A DNA stretch of 40,960 nucleotides from a virus (taxonomy: Duplodnaviria > Caudoviricetes): positions 1-40,960 of IMG/VR virus record IMGVR_UViG_3300048086_000003, one strand, 5' to 3'. Below are positions 18,210 through 26,348 of the stretch, one piece after another. The notes under the pieces were generated by a model, which saw only the letters and a list, made by a program, of their open reading frames with translations, ran no database searches and had not been told where the DNA came from. The position numbers and the translations under genes are program-made. The number at the start of each line of letters is the position of its first letter. Within the stretch, counting starts at the first letter, position 1.

Positions 18210-18994
18210 GCATAGTATCGACTGACTTGCTTCCAAAGTGCTGCGCGAACCCTAACCTGGAAAGCGACGTTACAGGTCCGGGAGGCGGTGCTGTGGCTCT
18301 TGAGGCGGAGTTTGTAATTGCCGATCCAGCAGGATTTGCGACCACAGTCGAAGTAGTCAGCGATGCGAGCACCGATCTTACAGCACAGGTGCAGATGCGT
18401 GCTGTAAAAGCGAGCAATGGAGTGATTCAGTACTCGAACGTGGTTACGCTAAACGGGCTAACGCCAGTTTCTGTTACATTTCCTTCTGGCGATAACACTA
18501 TTCTCAGAGTCGTCTCGTTTTTCACAGGATTTTTAACAGACGGCTGGGTTACGCTGAGAATATCAGGTGGCGGGGCTATGCTCGCACTGCTAAAAAGCAA
18601 CGATACGATACCGGAGAATAACTCACTATCGTTTCGGCCGTTCGCAGCATCTTTCTCCACCGTTGCCGGTATAACACGGTACGATAAGATGTTCTGGTAT
18701 AATAACCACGCTTCGCTGACGGCACAGACTCCAACGTACAGGTTAATAGCAGATCCAAAGGCCCGCATTCGTCAAGGTATTCACGCGTCTAAGAACGATT
18801 CTGCGACGATCGTCAATAGAGTCACGGCTCCAGGAGGAGTAACGTTCGTAGACGACAATGTGGATCAGGTAGGCAGTGACTTGTTGCCTGCTGAGAATCA
18901 AGGTGTGTGGATCGAGTTCGCCTCAACGCCGTCTGACCCGTCAGCTCCGTTCCAGGATACCTTTACGACTCAGATTACGGTATCGAGCGCGTAG
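18206..18994 (+). CDS. Virion structural protein (paralog B2)
   Basis: Shares RYDKMFW, ADPxARIR, VTFVDDNV and GVWIE with B1. Confidence 0.7.
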   Translation: MSIVSTDLLPKCCANPNLESDVTGPGGGAVALEAEFVIADPAGFATTVEVVSDASTDLTAQVQMRAVKASNGVIQYSNVVTLNGLTPVSVTFPSGDNTILRVVSFFTGFLTDGWVTLRISGGGAMLALLKSNDTIPENNSLSFRPFAASFSTVAGITRYDKMFWYNNHASLTAQTPTYRLIADPKARIRQGIHASKNDSATIVNRVTAPGGVTFVDDNVDQVGSDLLPAENQGVWIEFASTPSDPSAPFQDTFTTQITVSSA

Positions 18995-19497
18995 TGCCTA
19001 CAGCGGTCGCGTCTTTACAGATTCCGTATGATATAACAAATGGAGCTGTGGTGCAGACAGTTGCTGACAACTTTGAGGCGGGTAGCTCAGTATCGGCTCC
19101 GGCGAGTGAGAACTGGGAGGCGCTGCTATTTGTTAGTCTAGCTAGTGCCGAGTTTTGGGAGTCGCTCCTAAGCACATTCCAGTCAAGATTGATACCGTAC
19201 GATTTGTCAGGGAGTGTAGCTCAGACAGTTGCTGGCAACTGGGAGGCTATTGGATTCGTTAGCACGACCGGAAGTGGTAACTGGGAAGCGGATGCTGCCG
19301 TATTTGGAGTTAACATTAGTCAGTGGGAAGCTGTAGGTGCGCTGCCAGTTGTGTCAACGACTGGTGCTTGGGAAGCGACGGCGGCTGCAACTACTCAGCT
19401 TAGCGATGCTAATTGGGAGTCTGTGAAAGAGTTCTGCTTCTACGAACCATCTCTGTTTGCTGTGATTTGCCGATACGTGAGAAAGTGCACTCAGTGA
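18994..19497 (+). CDS. WE-repeat protein
   Basis: About eight [WF]E[AS] repeats and two IPYD motifs; TAGTG coupling. Confidence 0.65.
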   Translation: MPTAVASLQIPYDITNGAVVQTVADNFEAGSSVSAPASENWEALLFVSLASAEFWESLLSTFQSRLIPYDLSGSVAQTVAGNWEAIGFVSTTGSGNWEADAAVFGVNISQWEAVGALPVVSTTGAWEATAAATTQLSDANWESVKEFCFYEPSLFAVICRYVRKCTQ

Positions 19498-19503
19498 GGA
19501 ACT

Positions 19504-20190
19504 ATGAACTTTCTTGAGTTAAAGACAGCGCTTAGATCAAGGATCGGGAATCCAAGTGTCGGTGACGTGACGGACGCCAGTCTTGGCACTCACGTCAACG
19601 ATGCGTACCAGGAGATCTTTGATAAATACAAGTTCAAGCGGCGCAGAGCGAGAGCCAAGTTCTCGACTGTCATTGGCGCTGATAAGTACGTCATAAACAC
19701 GCTGACAGACGTAATCTTCAAGGTTTGGGACAGGACAAACGGGCGGGAGCTGACCAAGGTTGGCAGTAACGTACTTGCGGAGCGAGACTATGACGGAGCA
19801 CTAGTCCGAAATGGCAGGCCGGAGCAGTGGGATTACAAGGAGACGTATCTACAGCTACTTCCGCCGCCGGATGGAGCGTATGCTATAGAACTCTATTTCA
19901 AGGCGTTCTTCTGCGCGCTTGTAGCTGATAACGACGTGCCGCTTATTCCGTCAAGCTGGCACAGAGGGATATACATACTCGCAGCGCATCTGTACTATGA
20001 CGATGAAGCTGGCGATTCGACAAAGGCTATGTATCACCTAATGAAGTTTAAGGACTGGGTGAGCGATAAGCCAGTCGAAGAACACGAGGAAACGGAAGCG
20101 ATTGACTCAGGAGTTGAAGTTCCGACGCTTGCGGCACAGAGGTCTTCGAGCCGTAGACCGGACGGCGTGGCATGGGACCTCTTACCATGA
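19504..20190 (+). CDS. Head-tail adaptor (tail tubular protein A-like)
   Basis: MNFLELKTALRSRIG...VNDAYQEI...LQLLPPPDGAY...DNDVPLIPSSWH pattern. Confidence 0.75.
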   Translation: MNFLELKTALRSRIGNPSVGDVTDASLGTHVNDAYQEIFDKYKFKRRRARAKFSTVIGADKYVINTLTDVIFKVWDRTNGRELTKVGSNVLAERDYDGALVRNGRPEQWDYKETYLQLLPPPDGAYAIELYFKAFFCALVADNDVPLIPSSWHRGIYILAAHLYYDDEAGDSTKAMYHLMKFKDWVSDKPVEEHEETEAIDSGVEVPTLAAQRSSSRRPDGVAWDLLP

Positions 20191-20405
20191 TCGAGCGAAT
20201 AGCGGCTCCTTTGGGTATAGGGAGTATGCTCGGCCTTGCCATATCGTTCGCTATTCAGGCAACCGCGCCGTCGGTGCCAGTGACGATAGTTCCCACTATT
20301 AACCTAGTGGCTATCTTGACGGGTGCCGTCTACATGGGGATGTTACTCAATCGAGTGAAGCAACTGGAGCGGCGTCTCGATAAGGTAGAGGAAGGGACTA
20401 AATGA
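20187..20405 (+). CDS. Membrane protein, holin/antiholin candidate
   Basis: Two hydrophobic segments and a charged coiled C-tail; ATGA coupling at 20187. Confidence 0.6.
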   Translation: MIERIAAPLGIGSMLGLAISFAIQATAPSVPVTIVPTINLVAILTGAVYMGMLLNRVKQLERRLDKVEEGTK

Positions 20406-20671
20406 CAGATCCACGTACTCCGTCTGGTTCGTTTGAGAACGGCGGCGGTAGCTTTGGACGAGATGTGAGGCTAGTAACTGGAGCAATACTGATTCTCGGT
20501 AACACTGTGTTGATCTATCTCGATATTCGTACCGGGAAATCAGTTAGCTGGCAAGACGTAGCGCTACACATCGGTCTGCAACTCGCGGCCCTTCTTCTTA
20601 TGGACCCGAAGCGAACACTCGCGCTAGTTGGAAGGGTGACAGACAAACTTCCTGTTATAGGGAAAAAGTAA
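20402..20671 (+). CDS. Holin candidate
   Basis: Two TM-like segments and a basic C-terminus, directly upstream of the endolysin. Confidence 0.6.
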   Translation: MTDPRTPSGSFENGGGSFGRDVRLVTGAILILGNTVLIYLDIRTGKSVSWQDVALHIGLQLAALLLMDPKRTLALVGRVTDKLPVIGKK

Positions 20672-20672
20672 T

Positions 20673-21146
20673 ATGAGAGCGAGTCCTGCGGGACTGGAAC
20701 TGATAAAGAAGAACGAGCTAGTTGAGCCTAAGATGTATCACGACCAAGTCGGCTTGCCGACGATAGGCATGGGGCATCTCCTGACAAAGGACGAGCTCTC
20801 ATCTGGAAAACTGATAAGCTCGGGAGCACGGTGGTACAATGGACTGACCGACCAGCAGGTCGATGATCTACTAGCTTCGGACATTCTCGGGGTTGAGTCC
20901 GCTATCAACTCATACGTTCACGTACCGCTGGCGCAGTTCGAGTTCGACGCCTTGGCCTCGTTCATATTCAATATAGGCGCCAAAGCGTTCGCTAAGTCGA
21001 CACTGCTGAGACTTCTGAACCAAGATCAGTTCCAGTCGGTTCCGGATCAGATGCGTCAGTGGGTTCACTCTAAGGGACAGGTCTTGCCGGTGTTAGTTTC
21101 GAGACGGGAGCGAGAGATCGCTATGTGGAACGGAGTGCCGACATGA
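20673..21146 (+). CDS. Endolysin, GH24 lysozyme
   Basis: E15-x8-D24-x5-T30 triad (TIGMGH), FDALASFIFNIG, STLLRLLN, RREREIA. Confidence 0.93.
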   Translation: MRASPAGLELIKKNELVEPKMYHDQVGLPTIGMGHLLTKDELSSGKLISSGARWYNGLTDQQVDDLLASDILGVESAINSYVHVPLAQFEFDALASFIFNIGAKAFAKSTLLRLLNQDQFQSVPDQMRQWVHSKGQVLPVLVSRREREIAMWNGVPT

Positions 21147-21667
21147 AAAGTGAATTAGTTGTTGCTGTCCTAGCGGCAGTGCTTGGCGGCGTAGCCGTAC
21201 GGGAGTGCTTTCCTCGAACAAAGGAAGTACTCAAGCCTGTGCCATCGATCGTTACGATACATGACGTCGTGCACGACACAGTGCGACTTAAAGGCCCAAA
21301 GACTGTGACTACCGATACGATCAACTTGATTGTTAGGGTTACGATACACGACACGGTACAGATCAACGTCGGAGCAGACACGTCTGCGAGGCAGCCGCTA
21401 TGGCCCATACTCAATGTCCAGATTGGAAAATCCCGAGGGGATACCAGTCAGGTGACTACCTTCAGCTTGCGCTCTGGCCAGACGGCAGTGAGCCGAGTTT
21501 GGACGCCGGGGCCGGTGAAGTCTATCTGGGTAGTCGACAATCAGACGCCGAGAATGGACTTCTACGACCCGCCAGCTTCACCGAGCGTGAGTCTATGGAC
21601 GAAGGGGAAGTGGACAGCAGTGGGATACGCAGCTAGGACGCTACAGTGCTTGCTATCGCACTGCTAA
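21143..21667 (+). CDS. Spanin-like membrane-anchored protein
   Basis: N-terminal TM, HDTV/TDTI repeats, ATGA coupling to the endolysin. Confidence 0.5.
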   Translation: MKSELVVAVLAAVLGGVAVRECFPRTKEVLKPVPSIVTIHDVVHDTVRLKGPKTVTTDTINLIVRVTIHDTVQINVGADTSARQPLWPILNVQIGKSRGDTSQVTTFSLRSGQTAVSRVWTPGPVKSIWVVDNQTPRMDFYDPPASPSVSLWTKGKWTAVGYAARTLQCLLSHC

Positions 21668-21673
21668 CAACGT

Positions 21674-21693
21674 CTTGTCCGGACGGGGACAAG
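21674..21693. promoter_or_regulatory. Palindromic site 4, CTTGTCC-GGACGG-GGACAAG
   Basis: Perfect intergenic copy overlapping the AAGGAG SD of the gene at 21699. Confidence 0.85.
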
Positions 21694-21698
21694 GAGAT

Positions 21699-23855
21699 AT
21701 GGCCCGACCTGTAGGCCGCGGTAGGACGATCGAGCAGAAGCAGCCTGTACCTAAATACAAGCTGCCGGCTGAGATTGCGCCTCAGGATTTGATGTTCTTC
21801 CATCCGCCAAAGGGCATAGACGTAGTTACGGACCTCGCGGCGTTGCCAAAGGAGAACTCTCCTGAGATTGATAATCTCATACTCGACCGTGGAGTGATGC
21901 GTAGCCGTTATGGTATTGAGAAGTACCATGATGGCGACGGGGTGCTACGCATACTTCGTACGACAGACCTAGGCGGCTCTGCGAGCCAGGGGCAGCCACA
22001 GTTGACAGCGCGGAGCAGTATCAGTTGGACTGATCCCGATGGAGTGAATGACGGGAAGAACATTATCACAGGAATACACACGTTTGCTAGTCAGGCCGTC
22101 ACGGCAGCAGACAGGCTGTGGTGCGATCTCGTCGCAAACGTAGACGCTTGGGACGACAACTACACCGTAAAGTTCACGCTTACGGCCAATCCTGGCACGC
22201 TGGAAAATGGCAAGGTACTCTTTGCCCAGGTTATAATAGAGTATTCAACAGACGGAGGATCGAACTGGACTGCTTTGTCGTCGTATTCAGTGGAGGCAGA
22301 TAGCGCAATTGGTACGTCGACTGTAACGTTCTCTCCGACGGTAGTTGTGTCTGGCACGCCGACGCAACTGCGGTTCCGACTGGCTCTAAGCGGCCGACTG
22401 GAAGCGCAGAGCTCAAGCGGTTCTGGGACTGTGACGGTAGCCGTTACGCCTGCCGCGTCGTATCCGATTACGTGGAGTACGCAGGTGAACACGGTAATAG
22501 CTGCGCGTGTCCCGATCAGATGGACTGAGACACACGTTCAGACGTACGACGACTTGACAGAAGTAAGCGCACCGTGGACGACAGACTATACGTTCCCGGC
22601 GTCGCAGATCAACAACGACAATACGCTACCGTCGTACGCAACGTGGAAGAACACAGTCGTCTTTTCTGATATAGGGAACACGACACAGATAGGCGCTGGG
22701 AGCCGTATCGGTAGCCAGGGACTTGTGTCAATGTTGCTCGTTCCAGCGCACACGGCGACAATACTACCGCACTCGCCAAGAGCAGCGCATCTAGCGATAT
22801 TCGGTAACAGGATCATCGCCACGCGAGTCAACGAGTGGACGTCGACTACTGCTCCTTGGGTTGATTCGACTACAGAACTGACGCGAGTCAGGTGGTGCGC
22901 TAAGGATGACAATACGGTTTGGGACGAGACGAGCATCGGAGCAGGGCATGAGGACCTGTATGTGCCGGGCAGCCAAACCGATGAAGCAATGGGCTGTTTT
23001 CCTGTTAACGACGACACGGCGATTATCATCAGCGAACGCTCCATGCGTCGTATGGATATTACTGGCTTTGCTGACGCTCCGTTTCGTTTCTCGTTGCTGC
23101 TACCGCAGATCGGAACCAGGTCGAGATACACTATTCAAGTCGTTCCGGGAGGAGTGATATTCCTTGGCTCGGATGACGTGTACGTAGCATCGCTTGGTGA
23201 TTTGAAGCGTGTAGCCACGAAGTCGTTGCGCGATTCGCTGAAGAAGATCACCAACGAGCGGCTAGCGCAGGGATACTATGACGTCAACAACATGCGCTAT
23301 CGCGTGGGGTTCAAAGAGGGTAGCACACAGGTGATCTGGGACTACAGCTTTCTCGATAGCGGCTGGACGAAGATTGTACTGCCATTCGACGTTTCGTTTA
23401 TAGACCGAGCGTTCTTCGTCGTCAACGGTGTGACGTACTACGGGAATTACTTCACCATGTCGGTAGCTGGTGGGTTTAGCTCTCGCGACAATCCGACGAG
23501 GACGCAGGACATTGATATAACTGGTACAGACGCTGACTCACCTATTGAGGCGAGGACTGGAATCATAGTGATCGACTCGCCGTTGAGGAAGGTGGAGGTA
23601 GTTGAAGCGCAGTTGCTCTTCGAGTCGACGGCGTCACAACGATTGTTGTTCGAGTACTCGACAGACGGCGGTAGCACGTGGTCGCAGTACTCGTCGGCGC
23701 AGATAGCAGCGACTGCAAGGCCAGCGGTGTTGTCGGTGAGGAACAGACTGGAGACTAGTGGCCTACAGATCCGTATTCGCAGTACGACTCTTGGTGGGCT
23801 GAAGATACACGAGTTTCACGTGTTCGCTGTGCGCGGAGGCTTGATACACGCATGA
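21699..23855 (+). CDS. Tail nozzle / tubular protein B-like beta-propeller protein
   Basis: ATG 21699 with AAGGAG SD. HLAIFGNRII, RVRWC, GVIFLGSDDVY and C-terminal IRIRS beta domain; position after the adaptor. Confidence 0.75.
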   Translation: MARPVGRGRTIEQKQPVPKYKLPAEIAPQDLMFFHPPKGIDVVTDLAALPKENSPEIDNLILDRGVMRSRYGIEKYHDGDGVLRILRTTDLGGSASQGQPQLTARSSISWTDPDGVNDGKNIITGIHTFASQAVTAADRLWCDLVANVDAWDDNYTVKFTLTANPGTLENGKVLFAQVIIEYSTDGGSNWTALSSYSVEADSAIGTSTVTFSPTVVVSGTPTQLRFRLALSGRLEAQSSSGSGTVTVAVTPAASYPITWSTQVNTVIAARVPIRWTETHVQTYDDLTEVSAPWTTDYTFPASQINNDNTLPSYATWKNTVVFSDIGNTTQIGAGSRIGSQGLVSMLLVPAHTATILPHSPRAAHLAIFGNRIIATRVNEWTSTTAPWVDSTTELTRVRWCAKDDNTVWDETSIGAGHEDLYVPGSQTDEAMGCFPVNDDTAIIISERSMRRMDITGFADAPFRFSLLLPQIGTRSRYTIQVVPGGVIFLGSDDVYVASLGDLKRVATKSLRDSLKKITNERLAQGYYDVNNMRYRVGFKEGSTQVIWDYSFLDSGWTKIVLPFDVSFIDRAFFVVNGVTYYGNYFTMSVAGGFSSRDNPTRTQDIDITGTDADSPIEARTGIIVIDSPLRKVEVVEAQLLFESTASQRLLFEYSTDGGSTWSQYSSAQIAATARPAVLSVRNRLETSGLQIRIRSTTLGGLKIHEFHVFAVRGGLIHA

Positions 23856-24151
23856 AGCTGGGTCTTACACAAGGACCGACTAGCATAGTGGACTTGTTGA
23901 GAGTGATGGACCACAGGCTGTCGCCACTGGATAACTTTCAGTGCAAGGTTCTAGGGCCTATCGTGACGCCTGGCGCGGCTAACGTAGAGTTTACAGTTGG
24001 GCACAACCTCGGCAGGACGCCGATTAACTATATCTGGAATGTGGATCAGAACTGCGTAGTGTACGACTCACGGAGGGTAAACTGGACAGCGCAACAGATG
24101 TTCTTGAAGTGCAGCGTAGTCAGCGCAACGTTGTATCTGATTGTATTTTAG
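23852..24151 (+). CDS. Small tail protein
   Basis: ATGA coupling; HNLGRTP motif common in phage tail proteins. Confidence 0.65.
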   Translation: MKLGLTQGPTSIVDLLRVMDHRLSPLDNFQCKVLGPIVTPGAANVEFTVGHNLGRTPINYIWNVDQNCVVYDSRRVNWTAQQMFLKCSVVSATLYLIVF

Positions 24152-24642
24152 AGTCGGGTAAATACAGCGTTCGCATGTTGCCGCTCACCTGGCCCAGGGT
24201 GTTCTCGCTCTGGGATAAGCTGAAGCGTTTTCGCACGCTATTCAGTGACCTTACGCAAGGGGATCTCAGGAACTTCGTTGCGTATCTGCTGAACAAAGAT
24301 ACGATGTGGCTGGAGATTACGGAAGACAGTAGGCTATCTGGAATAGTAGTACTGGAAGGCCTATCGAAAGTGATCGACGCAGAGGCTCATGTCTTATTCA
24401 TGGATCGGGAGTTGTCCAATAAGGTGCCAGTCTGCAAGGCGATTATTAAGTGGATCTTTAGTGTGTTGCCATTGCAGCGACTCACGGTCCAGATTCCGAC
24501 GATCTACATGGGACCTGTCAGGCTAGTCAATGAGCTGGGCTTTCGCCGTGAGGGTAAGAAGCGACAAGCCGTGCTCATTAGTGGGAAGTGGATAGACGTG
24601 TTTATCTTAGGGCTTACACGCCCGGAGGCCGAGAGGCTATGA
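24109..24642 (+). CDS. GNAT (RimJ/RimL-like) acetyltransferase-fold protein; start uncertain
   Basis: LGFRREGKKRQAVLISGKWIDVFILGL C-terminal signature. Confidence 0.8.
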   Translation: MQRSQRNVVSDCILESGKYSVRMLPLTWPRVFSLWDKLKRFRTLFSDLTQGDLRNFVAYLLNKDTMWLEITEDSRLSGIVVLEGLSKVIDAEAHVLFMDRELSNKVPVCKAIIKWIFSVLPLQRLTVQIPTIYMGPVRLVNELGFRREGKKRQAVLISGKWIDVFILGLTRPEAERL

Positions 24643-25058
24643 GTTTTCTGACAGGCAAGATGCAACTGACTACGGGGACCGATCCAGCGGCTATGGGTCT
24701 GAAGGGGAGTACGCTTAGCCGTCTAGGAGGAGTCGATCCACTAACTGGATTGGATAGCAGTGGCGGAATACCGCCAGCGCTGATGCAGCTATTTCACGAT
24801 CAACTCGGCCCGGCGCTCGGGCAGGCGAAGGAGTCGGCGGGTAATCTAACAGGCTCCGGTCTTGGCAACATACTAGGAGCCACTGCAGGCAGATCACTGA
24901 GCGACTTCTTAATCAACATGCTGAGTGGCCGAGCCAATCGCGCAACGTCGCTAACAGGACAGGCGCTACAGCCACAGCCGTTGGGGTACAAGCCTGGGTT
25001 CCTAGACTACCTGTTCCAGGGAGCGAGCGCAGCAGCACCTTTTTTCGCGGGGGCGTAG
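24639..25058 (+). CDS. Small ejection (internal virion) protein
   Basis: Gly/Leu/Ala-rich, ATGA coupling, first of three genes of increasing size. Confidence 0.6.
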   Translation: MSFLTGKMQLTTGTDPAAMGLKGSTLSRLGGVDPLTGLDSSGGIPPALMQLFHDQLGPALGQAKESAGNLTGSGLGNILGATAGRSLSDFLINMLSGRANRATSLTGQALQPQPLGYKPGFLDYLFQGASAAAPFFAGA

Positions 25059-25142
25059 GTTCCGATAGTATACCTGGCGCCCCGGATACGTCTGGTTTTG
25101 ACCCGAGTGTGTTGAGCAACATTCCGTTGTACGGAGGATGAT

Positions 25143-26348
25143 ATGACAGTACCCATCGTTCCTGGCCCGTTCTCGTTTCTTGGCGAAGCTGGACAGGCTC
25201 TTGGGAACATAGGGCAGGTAAAAGAGGAACGCAAGGAGCGTGCACAGAAGATCGCTGAGCATGCCACGACGAGTATTCTCGACGCAATAATGGCTGGCGG
25301 TGATCCAGCTATTCTCGATACGCCGGAGACACAGAAGATACTCAAGACGGCAGGGTATCCGCCTATTACGTCGTCGCATTTTAGCTTCGTTGGCGGAGCG
25401 GCTGCTGCGGCTGGTGCTGGAGGTCGAGCAAGAATTGGCGCAGGGGTTCCTACTAAGGAAGCCGGCGCGGCTGCAACAGCGGCTGACGTGCAACGGCGTA
25501 CTGGACAAGCGGAGCTGGATCAGAACTTGCCAGAGCTAGGCGCTGAGGCGAAGTCGTATCAGGCTCGCGCTGCGCAGGCGGGTGCTCAGTTCAATATCGA
25601 CGTGTACAAAGCCGCAGCGACAAGATTCGCTGATATAAAGGATCCTGAGTTTAGGAGCCTCGCGATTGACGCAGCGACGGGAGTGCTGGACTACAGGATT
25701 CGGCGCTTAGAGTCGAATCGGTACTATCTAACAATGGAGCGACAGCAGTTAGCAGATCGCACCCGTCTGCTACTTGAGTCGATGAGGGGCCAGGAGAGCA
25801 TGTTTAAGGAACTAAACGATCACTACGAGAAACAGCGTCGTCAGGATATGTTCGCACTGAATCAAGATCCAAACGACGAGAAGGCTACTACTCGGTACGA
25901 ATCGCTGCATCCACGTCCAACTATGGCTGATGCGCAGAGTGCAATCCTCGAGTCGCAAGGCGTGTCGCCTGACGAGTTCAAGCAGCTGATGCGCCAGACG
26001 TATGAACTGCAAACTGCGCCGTTAAGCACGACTGGCAGTCAGGGCGCTAGCACTGGCACGGACGGACAAGCAGGAGATGCTACGCAGCCGCCGTTTGCCA
26101 GTTCCGATTTAGGCGAAGCGTATAATTATCTTCAGACTGCTAAGGACCCCGATGTTGCTGCACAGCAGTTTGCAGAGGGTGTAAACACAGGCCACTACAG
26201 CCTAGCCGAGGCACAGCTCATATTTCAAGAAGCAAAGAAGAGAATGTCCGCTGCGCAGTATAAGAAGTTGAGACGCACGTTTCTGAGCAAGTTACAAGTA
26301 CCAAGTGGCGGCGTCCCGCCGGCGATAGACCCGAAGGACGCACCATGA
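25143..26348 (+). CDS. Ejection (internal virion) protein
   Basis: Ala/Gln-rich helical 401 aa; GGAGG SD. Confidence 0.6.
   Translation: MTVPIVPGPFSFLGEAGQALGNIGQVKEERKERAQKIAEHATTSILDAIMAGGDPAILDTPETQKILKTAGYPPITSSHFSFVGGAAAAAGAGGRARIGAGVPTKEAGAAATAADVQRRTGQAELDQNLPELGAEAKSYQARAAQAGAQFNIDVYKAAATRFADIKDPEFRSLAIDAATGVLDYRIRRLESNRYYLTMERQQLADRTRLLLESMRGQESMFKELNDHYEKQRRQDMFALNQDPNDEKATTRYESLHPRPTMADAQSAILESQGVSPDEFKQLMRQTYELQTAPLSTTGSQGASTGTDGQAGDATQPPFASSDLGEAYNYLQTAKDPDVAAQQFAEGVNTGHYSLAEAQLIFQEAKKRMSAAQYKKLRRTFLSKLQVPSGGVPPAIDPKDAP

Noticed and set aside
21400-21636. Embedded o-spanin (Rz1-like)
   Set aside because: No hydrophobic signal peptide or lipobox.
25040-25083. Rho-independent terminator
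   Set aside because: The T-run precedes the stem on +, giving an A-run after the stem on -, which is the wrong arrangement on both strands.
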